From the human T2T-CHM13v2.0 reference genome, Homo sapiens, in the NCBI RefSeq assembly GCF_009914755.1, contig NC_060947.1: 64,000 nucleotides of DNA; one strand, 5' to 3'. Shown piece by piece: positions 43,567-56,589 of this stretch. Each line of letters starts with the position of its first letter. The stretch's first letter is position 1. The notes under the pieces were generated by a model. That model was not told where the DNA came from. It searched no databases and was given only the letters and a program-made list of their open reading frames with translations. Position numbers and translations under genes: made by a program.

Positions 43567-46500
43567 ACTTTACATCTTATTAAATTTTCCGCTTTGAAAA
43601 CCTGGAGTCCTAAAATAAACTGATTATTTTCATCCAATATTTATTTTGCTTGTTCTAATTCACAGTGAATAAATGTATGGAAACTAATGTTATTAGAGTG
43701 AATGTATATATCCTCATAATTTGTCCCCATAACAGTTTAAGAGATGGTTTATTTACTGGCTGTTTATCTACAGAGATTGCAGATTCTATTTTCTTCATAG
43801 CCTCTACATCCTATATTCTATAGTTTCACATACCAGAGTTGTTAAATTACTTGAATTGAGTGTTCCTGATTAAACTGTTAACAAGAACTGAGCTAACATA
43901 ATTCACTGAGAACATTCCAGAGTCAAGTCTAGAACAAAGAAAAATAACAACATGCAACAATTCACTTAGTTTGGTTTTAAAACTTTGTCCTCGAAAATGA
44001 GCCTAGTCTAAAACCCAAGATGTAAGTATCTTTATCCAAAATGTTATTTTGTGTCCTGGGCACCAAAAAAGAGGGCCACATGATTTTCCCCTATTAAATA
44101 TTTATGTTTTTCTCATAATTCTGTTAGGGAAAATTGATGTACAATTCCATTAGAAGTCAACTAATGAAGAAAATTCAATTCAATTGAACACTGTAAAAAA
44201 GTTAAATATTAATTTATATTGAAGACTCTTAAATTTTGATACCTTTTCCTTGCTTCCTCTGTGAAACTTGCTTATATTTCTTTTCTTTTAATTCTGTCAT
44301 ATCTATTCTATTTTTGAGAAAGAAAAAAACGTTGTCTACAGTGTTTTACCTTCAGATTGATTCAAGACAGTAGGCCATCTCATACCTCCTTCAGGTTTTG
44401 TTGTTGTTGTTACTAGTGGTAATATCAGACAATCCCTTGAAAGGGGATGCTTGTTATGTCACTTCAAGATATGGTAGGGAGCATGTCCAAGAGGGCTGAT
44501 AGTGAAGATGACCACTGCTAAAGGTAAGAATTAAACAAAGCCTCCATAATTTGACATAATTATGGGTTACCAAACTTTTGAAAAATCTTAGAAATTTGTC
44601 TTGCCAATTTGGCTTTACTGCAATCAGTTTCTTTTATTTGAGGTACAATGTACTTAAAACTCACACATTAAAAGGATGTAAAACAGGCAAAGGAAGATAG
44701 CATTTAACTGCTATTCATCTAAAATATATATTCCTATGTACAGAGAGCCTGGACAGTGTCAAATGAAACAAGCAATTAGTCTCTTTCTAACAGTAAGCAG
44801 TTCAAACTGTAACATCATGCCAGCCGTGATTAAGAATGATACAGCACATCATCATTGTCAACACTATTCAGCCAATGTAAACGTTAGTTAGAAATGCACT
44901 TGTCAGAGAAAAATGTGCCTTTGATTTCTATTACGCTTTCCCAGTAATTGCTGTCATCAGTGGCAGGTTATTATTACAGTTGAATAGAGTTTCAGTAATT
45001 ACTTTTGCACAGATTCTAACAGCTTTTAGATTGAAGGATATTCTGACAATTTGAATACTCTTGACAACAATTACCTTTTTCCTGGTTAACACTGATTCAG
45101 TAAAATTAAAAATTAATTCTGTTCACAGGAAACATTTATGTATGTCACTGGCAAGTGGACTGATATTAAAAAATGTGTAAATTGAACAATGACTTAGAAT
45201 TTTTAAAGTTTCTTTTCTCTTAAGTATTTTTGAAAATCGGCATTAAAAGAGATGCAGACTATGTTGCTTAGATTAATATTAAATGATGTGGAATGATTGA
45301 AAGAAGTCCTCAATTCAATTACTACCAAAAAATGTAATGTACTGTTATGCAGGAAGAAAATGTGTGTATTGGAAGAGCATAAGCATAATTATGAATATAT
45401 GCATGCCTGTTTTTACCTAATGCATATGGCTATAAATGACTTTGGTAAATGGAGAGCAAAGTACATATATATTCCTGCATATTTTGCAGAGTAAAAATAT
45501 GTTTCTATGAGGTTTGCATTTTATGACATAAAAATTGTCTGCTTATACCAAGTCAAGGGGAGAATTGATGGAATTATACAGAACATTTAGGATTAAACCG
45601 CTTTGATTTAAGACTTTGAAAAATTCAGATAATGAAGACCATAAGACTAGTTTTATAGTCACATATTTAAGGACGTCCAAGCTATAGTTATATTTGAAAT
45701 ATTCTTAACATATTAACTAATGGAAGTAAATATCACTGAGCTGCCACTTGTAAATAAAGACAAGAAATAAAGAGTAAATAATAGTTTACAAAAGCCTTCT
45801 AAAATAAATGTAATTTAAAATACTGGTTTCAAAGCCAGAATAAAGTATTATATATAGAAAGTATTAATAACCAAATTTCTTTGTATATAACATAAATAAA
45901 AAATAAAAATGAAGTAAAAAAATAAAGTACAACATAAATGTTACCAAAGAATAAAAAAAGCTATACCAAAATACAGGGGAAAAATGAAGGGAGCAAAATA
46001 TTGAATAGGAAAAATATAGTTTGCTATGTTATAAAATCACTTTCAATAGATTTTTAAAAAATTACATGTTCTTTCTAAAATAACAATAGAAAGAAAACTA
46101 AAATTAAATGCCATCAAACTCTATAGTATACACAAAGCTACATTTATCTCATTAAATGGATTGTATGTGTGGAGGGCATATTATGTTCCATGTGATATTG
46201 ATTTAATCATCTTTTCTATTAAGCAGAATAAAAATAGCCAACCTATATTGAAAACTCCAGTTTAACTGCTGTTAATTATTTTTTAGAATTATAGATAATA
46301 TTTTCAAATGAAATAACTATATCAACAAAAACATCAGATTCACCTAATGGTATCAATCATCAAAGTCTCCTCTTGATTAATAATTTCAAGACCACTAATA
46401 GATTATTCAAAAGTTTTATTATTTTACACATAAGAAATAGCCCTACTATCAAAATACTTTATCTTCCTCAGTGTCTTCTTAAATGACTTAATTTTTCATC

Positions 46501-47919
46501 AACAATTGTCCTGCTTGTCTATTATAGAAATGTATCTGTAAACATGTGCCAGCTAACTTTTACTATAGTTCTTCAGGAAAATTTAGCTAGGAATGAAACT
46601 TATCTCTATGCTGGTATAAAATTCAAGCAGATTTACTATTTTTAAGTGCTTTATGCTAGAACATTTCAGAGTTTGTTTTATATTATGGGTTACAGGTAAA
46701 ATAATTTTATATCTGAGGTGACATGGAGGGGTACACTGAAGTGATGAGTACTTCGACATAAGCCAAATGGTGTGTATATTTGAGTTGAAGGTTTCTCAAG
46801 GCCTAAAGTTTGGAAAACAACCACAGGAGAGATTTCAGGTCCTTGGTTGGTTACAGTACATTCTAAAAACAAAGCAGTTAAGTTTCCAGAAAATGATTGG
46901 CATTCAGGGTTGGGACAGGGACAGGATGCTGGGAAAAATACTATGAATGGCCACTGACAAGATATGTATTAACTACTGTAAAGGACAAAGGATAATAGTG
47001 TCCACTGAAGGGGATTTTCATGTTAAAGAAAATGATTCACAGTTGTGAAATGGTTCAAACACGGTATTCTGGGAAGGCATTATTAGTTTCTCATAGAGAA
47101 GTAAGTTAGAAGATGTCCTGGACCATGCCTAGACCATGTAAATCCATGAGTATCAGAAGTAGTTTGTGAGAAGAGCATAGGGTTGATTACATTCATTCTG
47201 GCCTGAAATAAAAGCTTATTGTAGGATAAGTGGTTCTTAGGCAAACACAAATAATCTGTTTATTTTTTTTTATTGTGGTCACAGGGTAGTTGTCAAAATA
47301 CCATCAATGTAGAGTTATTCATTTTGTGTAGACATGCTTTTTCTCATATAGAGATCAAATAACTAGACTTTGGATGTCATCTTTGGTTGCTACTATGTGA
47401 ATCCAAACATCTGGATAAAAACTGAACTTTTTGGTCAGGCTTCCAGCTATTTCCAGCTGTTTGACATTGGGTAGCCTTACATCTGGGCATGTGGTTACAA
47501 TTTTTCCATTTTCCTGTTTCTCTGGATATTTGCATAATGTAGATGTGGCCTATGATTAGAAAAAAACTATCTAAATAATATATGCGTTTAAATAAACAGA
47601 TCTTTGTTTTTAAATAAACTTAGCAGAAATACCTACTTTTACGTGTGACTATTCAGTTCTCACCTTGAATAATTTTTTCACAATATGTATTCACAAATAC
47701 TTGTAATTTTATTTGTCAATTAATAATACATAAATGAAATGTTTTCTTTTACTAGAAATTAGTTACCTAATTTACATTATATATAGGTTAGAAACACAGT
47801 ATGCCATCTAAAAATATTGTATATTAATAAGCCTCTGGCTATTAAAAGGACGCAGAGAATAAAGCATTAGGAAAGCAAAGCATAAAGTTCAGAATATAAG
47901 CCCAAAGACGGTCCTTGGA

Positions 47920-48227
<308 letters not shown>

Positions 48228-48793
48228 ATTCCTTTGAAATTTTAAAAACAATGTTTATAGTTTAAAATGGAAACCAACAAATTTGAAAAGGTAAATTACA
48301 AATAATTTTATTAGGGATAGAATTACCCAAGGTTTCTGTGTTCTGCTTTATCATACGGCTGTCAACAGCTTGGCATAGATATCCTTCCAAAACTATTGAA
48401 GAGTCAAATAGGTTCACACACTTTAGTCTATAGTATGGATATAAAACAATTTATACAAAACTTTTTATATTGATAAATATTCCAGCTCTTTTTTCACCAT
48501 GGATCTTTTTTCACTAATTATCTTCAATTTCTAGGATAGTGACAAATAGTAGGATTTTAACACATGTATTTGAATAAAGCAATAAATTAATGACTATAAA
48601 ACAACTGATGTTTAAAGTCTGTATGATGGATTCCACATACAGAGAGTTAAGGGTCAAAGCATATTTGTATTTATTTTCTTTTATTCTTTATTGAAAATTT
48701 AGTTTCTTTTAATAATTTATCAAATAATACATGAATAGCAAATAGCATTGTAAAAAGAGAGCGTACAGTCTCAGACTATACTGTCATCAATCC

Positions 48794-48886
48794 TAAAGTA
48801 AATATATATATATTTAATATATATAAAGTAAATATATATATTTCTATAATTTATATATATAAAGTAAATATATATATATATATTTC
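48794..48886. repeat. Compound (TA)n minisatellite, three copies of taaagtaaatatatata...ttt
   Basis: The unit is visible three times, just before the L1 3' end. Confidence 0.85.
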
Positions 48887-51800
48887 TTTAATTTTTAAGG
48901 TCAGTGGTACATGTGCAGGTTTGTTATATGGGTAAACTTGTGTCATAGGTGTGTTTTGTACAGATTATTTTGTCACCCAGTATTAAACCTAGTAAGCCTA
49001 GTACTCATTAGTTACTTTTCCGGGTCCTCTCCCTCCTCCCTCTGGTAGGCCCCAGTGTCTGTTGTTCCCTTCTTTGTGTCCATGTGTTCTCCTAATTTAG
49101 CTCCCACTTATAAGTGAGAATATGAAGTGTTTGCTCTTCTGTTCCAGCTCCATCCATGTTCCTGCAAAGAACATGATCTTGTTCTTCATTGTAGCTGCAT
49201 AGTATTCTGTGGTGTATACATACCCACATTTTCTTTATCCAGTTTCCCATTAATAGGCATTTAGGTTGATTCCGTGTCTTCGCTATTGTGAATGGTGCAG
49301 CAATGAACATACCTATGCATGTGTCTTTATAACAGAACTATTTATATTCCTTTGGGTATATGCACAGTATTGGTATTGTAGGGTCAAATGGTATTTCTGC
49401 TTCTAGATCTTTGAGGAATGGCCACACTGTATTTCACAATGGTTTCACTAATTTACATTCTCACCAACAGTGTAAAAGCATTCCTTTTTCCCTGCAACAT
49501 TACAACCATCTGCTGTTTCTTCACTTTTTAATAATCGCCATTCTGAATGGTGTGAGATGGTATCTCATTGTGGTTTTGATTTGTATTTCTCTAATGATCA
49601 GTGTTGTTGAGCTTCTTTTTTTCCACATACTTGGCTTCATGGGTGTCTCCTCTTTAAAATGATTTTTTTCTTGTCCTTTGTTCAATTTTTAATGTTTATT
49701 TTTTTCTTGCTAATTTAAGTTCCTTATAGATGCTGGATATTAGACCTTTGTCAGATACATAGTTTGCAAATGTTTTCTCCAATTCTGAAGGTTGTTTGTT
49801 TACTCTGTTGATAGTTTTCTTTGCTCTGCAGAAGCTCTTTAGTTTAATTAGATCCCATTTGTCAATTTTTGCTTTTGTTGCAATTGCTTTTGGCTTCTTC
49901 GTGAAATCTTTCCTTGTTTCTATGCCCAAAAGATATTGCCTAGGTTGTCTTCCAGAGTTTCTATAGTGTTGGGGTTTACATTTAAGTCTTTAATCCATCT
50001 TTAATTAATTTTTCTATACACTGTAAGGGAGGGGTCCAGTTTCAATATTCTGCATATGGCTAACCAGTTTTCCAACACCATTTCTTGAATAGGGAGCCCT
50101 TTCCGCATTGCTTTTTTTTTGTCAGCTTTGGGAAAGATCAGATGGTTGTAGGTGTATGGCCCTATTTTGAGGCTCTCTATTCTGTTCCATTGGCCCGTGT
50201 ATCTGTATTTGTGCTAGTACCGTGCTGTTTTGGTTACTGTAGCCTTGCAGCATAATTTGAAGTCAGGTAATGTGATACTTTCAGCTTCTTTCATTTTGCT
50301 TATTATTTCCTTGGCTATTCGAGCACTGTTTGTTGTTGTCCCATATGAATTTTGAAACTTTTTTTTGGTTTAGTTCTGTGAAAAATTTAATTGTTTGTTC
50401 AATAGGACTAGCATTGAATCTCTAAATTGCTTTGGGCAGTATGACCATTTTAATAATATTGATTCTTCCTATCCGTGAGCATGGAATGTTTTTCCACTTA
50501 TTTGTGTCATCTCTGATTTTTTTTTTTTTTTTTTGAGCACTGTTTTGTAGTTTCCCTTGAATAGATCTTTCATTTCTCTGGTTTGTTGAATTTTTAGGAA
50601 TTTTATTCTTTTTGGGGTGATTGTGAATTGAATTGCATTGCATATTTGGCTCTTGTCTTTAATGTTGTTGGTGTTTTGGAATGGTAATGATATTTGTACA
50701 TGGATTTTGTATGCTGAGACTGTCCTGAAGTTGTTTTTATCAGCTTAAAGCAGCTTTTGGACTGAGACTATAGCGTTTTCTAGGTATAAAATCATCTTAT
50801 GTGCAAAGAGAGCTACTTTGACTTCCTTTCCTTCTATTTGGATGTATTTTATTTCATTTTCTTACCTGATTGCTCAGGACAGGACTTCCAATACTATTTT
50901 GAATAGGAGGGGTGAGAGAGGGCATCCTTGTGCCAGTTTTCAATGACAATGCTTTCAGCTTTTGCCCATTCAGTATGATGTTAGCTGTGGGCTTGTCATG
51001 GATGACTCATTATTTTGAGATTTATTTCTTCAATACATAGTTTGTTGAGAGTTTTTAACATGGAGGATATTGAATTTTATCAAAAACCTTCTGTTAATCT
51101 ATTGAGATAATCATGTGATTTTTGTCCTTAGTTCTGTTTATGTGAAGAATCACATTTATTGATTTGCATAAGTTGAACCAACCTTGCATACCAGGAATAA
51201 AGCCTACTTTATCATGGTGAATAAACTTTTTGAAGTGCTACTGGATTTGGTTAGCCAGTTTTTTGTTGAGGATTTTTGCATTGACATTCATTCAGGATAT
51301 TTGCCTAACATTTTCTTTTTGTTGTTGTTGTTGTATCTTTCCAAGGTTTTGGTATCAAGATGATGCTGCCTCATAGAATAAATTAGGGAAGAATTTCTTT
51401 TTCTCAATTACTTGAAATGGTTTCTGTAGAAATTTTATCAACTTTTCTTTGTACATCTAGTACAATATGGCCATAAATTTATCTGGTCCTGGGCTTTTAT
51501 TTGGTTGTTAGTCTACTTATTACTGATTCAATTTTGGAGCTTGTTATTGGACTGTTCAAGAATTCAATTTATTTTTGCTTCAGTCTTGGGAAGTTGTACG
51601 TACCCAGGAATTTATCCATTTCTTCTAAATTGTCTAGTTTGTGTGAATAGAGGTGTTCATAATATTCTGGGATGTTTACTTGTATTCCCTTAGCATCAGT
51701 GGTAGCATCCCCCTTGATGTTTCTAATTGTGTTTATTTGAATGTTCTCTCTTCCCTTCTTTATTTTTCTATCTGGTGGTCTATCTATTTAATTAAATTTT

Positions 51801-54800
51801 TCAGAAAACCAATTCCTGGATTTGTTGATCTTTTAAATGTTTTTTTGTTGTTGTTGTTTGTTTGTTTGTTTTTTAGTTTCCTTTAGTTTAGTTCTGATTT
51901 GGGTTATTTCTTGTCTTCTGCTAGCTTTGGAGTTGGTTTGCTCTTGGTTCTTTAGTTCTTTTAGATGTTATATTAGGTTGTAAACCTGAAAACTCTCATA
52001 CTTTTCTATGTGGGTGTTTAGTGCTGTAATTTTTCCTCTTAACACTGACTTAGCTATGTTCCAGAGATTCTGGGTTCTTGCGTCTTTGTTCTCATTTGTT
52101 TCAAATAACTTCTTGATTCCTCCCTTAATTTCATTTCTTACCCAAAGTTATTCACGAGCAGGTTGTTTAATTTTCATGTAATTGTATGGCTTTGAGCAAT
52201 ATTTTTAGCCTTGATTTCTAATTTTATTTTGCTGTAGTCTGAGAGTGGTTGGTTTGATATTAGTTCTTTTGCATTTGCTAATTGTTTGACGTCCTATTGT
52301 GATTTCCAATTTAGAGTTCCATTTAGAGTTTAGAGTAGCCGTTACTACTAGATGTGTTCAGACAGGGGTTGATATGTGCCAGGTGGCAATGAGGAGAATG
52401 TATATTCTGCTTTCTGGGGCTGGCAAATTCTCTAGAAATCTATCAGGTCCATTTGATCCAGTGTTTATTTTAGGTCCTGAATATATTTGTAAGTTTTATG
52501 CCTCAATGATTTATCTAGTACTTTTAGTGGGGTACTGAAGTCTTCCACTATTATTGTGTAGGAGTCTAATTCACCTTGTAGGTCTCTACGAACTTGCTCT
52601 ATGAATCTAGGTGCTCCTGGGATAGATGCATATATATTTAGAATAGTTAGGTCTTCTTTTTGAATTTAAAATATTACCATCATATAATGCTCTCCCTTGT
52701 CTTTCTTGATCCCTGTTGGCTTAATTTTGGTCGAACATTTGTATTGTCTGAAATTAGGATTGCAACTTCTGCTTTTCTCTTTTCCACTTGCTTGGCAGAT
52801 TTTTCTTCATTCTTCTATTTTGAACCTATGTGTGTCTGTACGTGAGATTAAAGACAGCATATGATTGGGTCTTGCTTGTTTATCCAGCTTGTCACTCTGT
52901 GCCTTTTAATTGGGGCATTTAGACCATTTACACTATAGGTTAATATTGATATGTGTGGATTTGATTCTGTCATCGTGTTGTTAGCTGGTTATTATGTGAA
53001 CTTGTTTGTGTGATTGCTTTAAGGTGTCACCGGCCTGTGTACTTAACTGTGTTCTTGTAGTGCCTTGTAAAAATCTTTCCTTTCCATATTTAGTGTTCCT
53101 TTCCGAAGTTCTTGTAAGAAAGGTCTGCTAGTAACAGGCATTTGCTTGTCTGAAAATAGTTTTATTTCTTCTTTACTTATAAGTCTTAGTTCGGCTGGAT
53201 ATGAAATTCTTGGTTGGAGATCTTTTTTTTCTTTAAGAATGTTGAATATAGGCCCCCCAATCTCTTCTGGATTGTAGGGTTTCTGTTGAAAGGTCTGCTG
53301 TTAGCCTGATGGGGTTCCCTTTTGCAGGTGGCTTGCTTTTTCTCTCTAGCTGTCATTTACAATTTTTCTTTCATTTTGACCTTCGGACATCTAATGATTA
53401 TTTGTCTTGGGAAGATCTTGTTGTGTAGTATCTCACAGAGGTTCTCTGCATTTTCTTAATTTGAATGTTGGCCTCTCTAGCGAGGTTGAGAAAGTTTTCA
53501 TGAAAGATATCCTGAAATAAGTTTTTAACATTGCTTACCTTCTCCCTGTCTCTTTCAGGTATGCCAGTGATTTGTAGATTTGGTCCATTTACATAATCCC
53601 ATATTTCTCGAGTTTTTTTTTTCATTTGGTTTCATTAAAAAAAAAAACCTTTGTCTGCCTCTCTTATTTCAGAGAGGCAGTCTTCAAATTCTGAGATTCT
53701 TTTTTTGGCTTGGTCTATTCTTCTGTTAATACTTGTGATAGCGTTATGAAATTCTTGTAGTTCTTTTTTTTTTAGCTCTATGAGATCAGTTAGTATCTTC
53801 TTTATGCTGGCTATTTTGTATATCAGCTACAGTATCATCTTCTTGTAATTCTTAGATTCCTTGCATTGACTGAGTTTTGATGTTCTCGTGAATCTCAATG
53901 ATCTTCATTCATATCCATATTCTGAGTTCTGTTTATTTCATCACAGACATCTCATCCTTATTAAGAACTCTTGCTGGAAAATTAGAATGGTCACTTCAAG
54001 GACAGAAAACTCGAAGACTCTGGCCATTTGACTTGTCAGATTTATTTTGCTGGTTCTTTCTTATGTCTCTGTATGAGTGTTCTTTTAACTGCAGTGTAGA
54101 TTGACTACATTCAGCAAAATTCTTTTCCCAATGTTTCCAGAGAGCAAACACTTTGCACAGGGTTTTGATTTGAAGCTAACTTGTTATCTTTGATTTCACA
54201 GGGTAGTACTTAAGCAAAGTATTTTTGTTGTTAAACATTTCAGATATGATCCAGTAGGTGGCGCTTAAGCATAATTGTCAGTAGGTAGGCTCTTGCTCAA
54301 TCATGTGACTTCTCTGTAGTTCCTCACAGTTACAGCTGTGCTTTCTTTCAATGCTCTGAAAGTGTGGGCTTCTCTCTCACTTGAATGCTGGCTGCAGATC
54401 ACGACTTGGCAAACCCAGGCTGCACACCACAGCTCTGGGTTGATCTCAGAGTTCATCTTACCTCCTCAACTTGGAGGCAATAGAGGAAGAGACCTCTAGG
54501 AAAAGATCCTCTGACAGTAAATGTGCCCGAGGGTCTTTCACTTTTCTTCTGGAGCTACACTCCAGAGAGACGTAGAGCTGCAATTAATCAGTGTGGTCAT
54601 CCCAGAAGGAAGGGGTTGCACTGCGGGTCCAAGCCAGGGAATCCCTGCCTGGCAATGAGCAGGGGTGGTAGATGGGACCTGTGGGAGACAGACTGGCCTC
54701 CTTTACTTAAGGTAATTGCAGCTTGCTGGACGTGTTAATAAGGCACTTAGGGTCTTTGCACTTTCCTCAGTTTGAGGGGAGCAGGGGCAGTATCACTGCA

Positions 54801-56587
54801 GAGGCAGTGGCAGATGGGCTTTCAGTTGCCACTGGGAACTCCACCTCCAAGAAACATGAAGCCGTTACTACTGGGAGTGTTCAACCAGGGGGTGGTGTGG
54901 CTGCACTGCTGGCCTGAGCTGAGGGTTCTGGTTGTTGTGGAGCAAGTGGTCAAGGGCTCACAGGTAGGAGAGACAGGTCTCTTCTTAATGTGGTGATTGT
55001 GGCATGCTGTAAGCTTGGGTGTAGCCCTCAGGCTCTTTATTTCTTCCTCAGAGCAAAGGCAGCAGGGGCAGAACCACTGATGTGGCAATGGCAGAGGAGC
55101 TGTTGGTTGCCTCTGGGAGCCTCTCCCCAGGGAATTTCAGAACCACAACAAGTGGGCTTTCTCAGCCATGAGTTTGGTGGCTGTTCTGCAGTCCTGAGCT
55201 GGGGTCCCTGCCTGGTGAAGAGTGGGGGATGGGAGTTCCCAGAGTAGAGGGACTGGAGTTCTCTGTATATGTTGGCTGCTGTGCACTTGGGGTGCCAGCA
55301 TAGCGACAAGGCCCTTTGTTCCTTCCCCTGCCTGTGGGAGCTTAAAAAGGTACCACTGCAGCTGCAATGCTGGAGGAGTTGTGGGTTGATTCTGGGATCT
55401 TCTCTTCGGAGAAAAGCTGAGCGCATTTGATTAAAGTGATCAGGTAGGAGCAAAGTGGTTATCCTGGAGTCACAGTTCATGCAGCCCCTCCCAATGAGGA
55501 AAAGTAATGTCTGAGACCTGTATGGAAGACAGGCCAGCCACTTTTCCATTAAGCAGCTGCACTGTTCTAGGGGTAGGCACCAGCCCCTTATTCTCACAGA
55601 CTCTCCAGAGTCTGAAGGCAGCTAAAGCAAGGGCTGCAAGAAAGCAAAGATGACACCCCACCTCTCTCTCTGGAAGCTCTGTCCCAGGGAGGTGTGGAGC
55701 TGCTAGGGGCCTGATATTTCCAACTGGTAGTGGGTAGAGCTTCTGGTTGGGACCTCCTGCTGAATGAAGAAAAATGGGATCTGGGACCTGCATAATAAAC
55801 AGTCTGGCCATTTCTCTGCAGAGTGGCAGTGCTATGCTGGGGATCTGCTCCAGTACTTAGTCACCTTGGACTTTCTAGAGCCTTAAGGCAGTAGCAGCAA
55901 AGGCTGCAAAATAGCAAATATGCTAGCCCAACCTTTCCCCTGAGAGTTTCATTTCAAGGAGTTGTGTAGCTGCTGCCAGCTCAAGAGCACTGACTGTGGG
56001 TGGCTGGAGTCCCAGGCCGGTGGGTCTTTTCCTGAAAGTTTCCATGAAAGTAAAGCCTGCTTGTCACTGTTGCTCAGCCCCGTGGATTCAGCCCCTTTCC
56101 TCGGGCATGTAAGGGATGCTAACCTGCCCCTTTGCTGGAGATGCAGCTGCTATTGCCACAATGCCCAGGGATCCAAGGCTCCCAGGACTCAACGTGTGCC
56201 TGAGTGATGGCTCTGCCAAGACTCCACTTAGCTCTGCATGTCAGACTGAAGGCCCTGGTGGAGCAGGTTCACAAGAGGCTTTCCTGACACCAGGGTTGCA
56301 AGGATTCGTGGAAGAAATGTAGGCCCTTGGGGTTTCTCACTCACTGTTTCCCTGGGCAGGAAAGCCTCCCCTGTCTCCATGTTACTCCCATGGGGTGGGG
56401 GGGTTGGGGGGCAGTCATCCTGTCTTTCTCTTCTCTGTTCTCCATGGGTCAAGTTGTTTCCTTGATAAATTCCAATGCATACGTGCACCTGGATGTTACA
56501 GTGGAAGGTGTAGTATTCACTTGCCTAGTATTTCTTTCTATGAGAGCAGGAAACACTAGCAACTTCTGGTTGACCATCTTCCCTCCC
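48887..56587 (-). mobile_element. Full-length (~7.7 kb) inactive L1 (older L1PA, roughly PA11-15) with a long GC-rich 5'UTR
   Basis: 3'UTR at 48887; ORF2 remnants to ~52950; ORF1 remnants ~53050-54060 (REIWDYVNGPNLQITGIPE); 5'UTR to 56587, whose reverse complement starts gggagggaagatgg. Confidence 0.92.
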
Positions 56588-56589
56588 TT

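Noticed and set aside
48794-48886. Repeat-spacer-like pattern (CRISPR-like)
   Set aside because: Simple TA-rich minisatellite in eukaryotic DNA; spacers are not unique and there are no cas genes.
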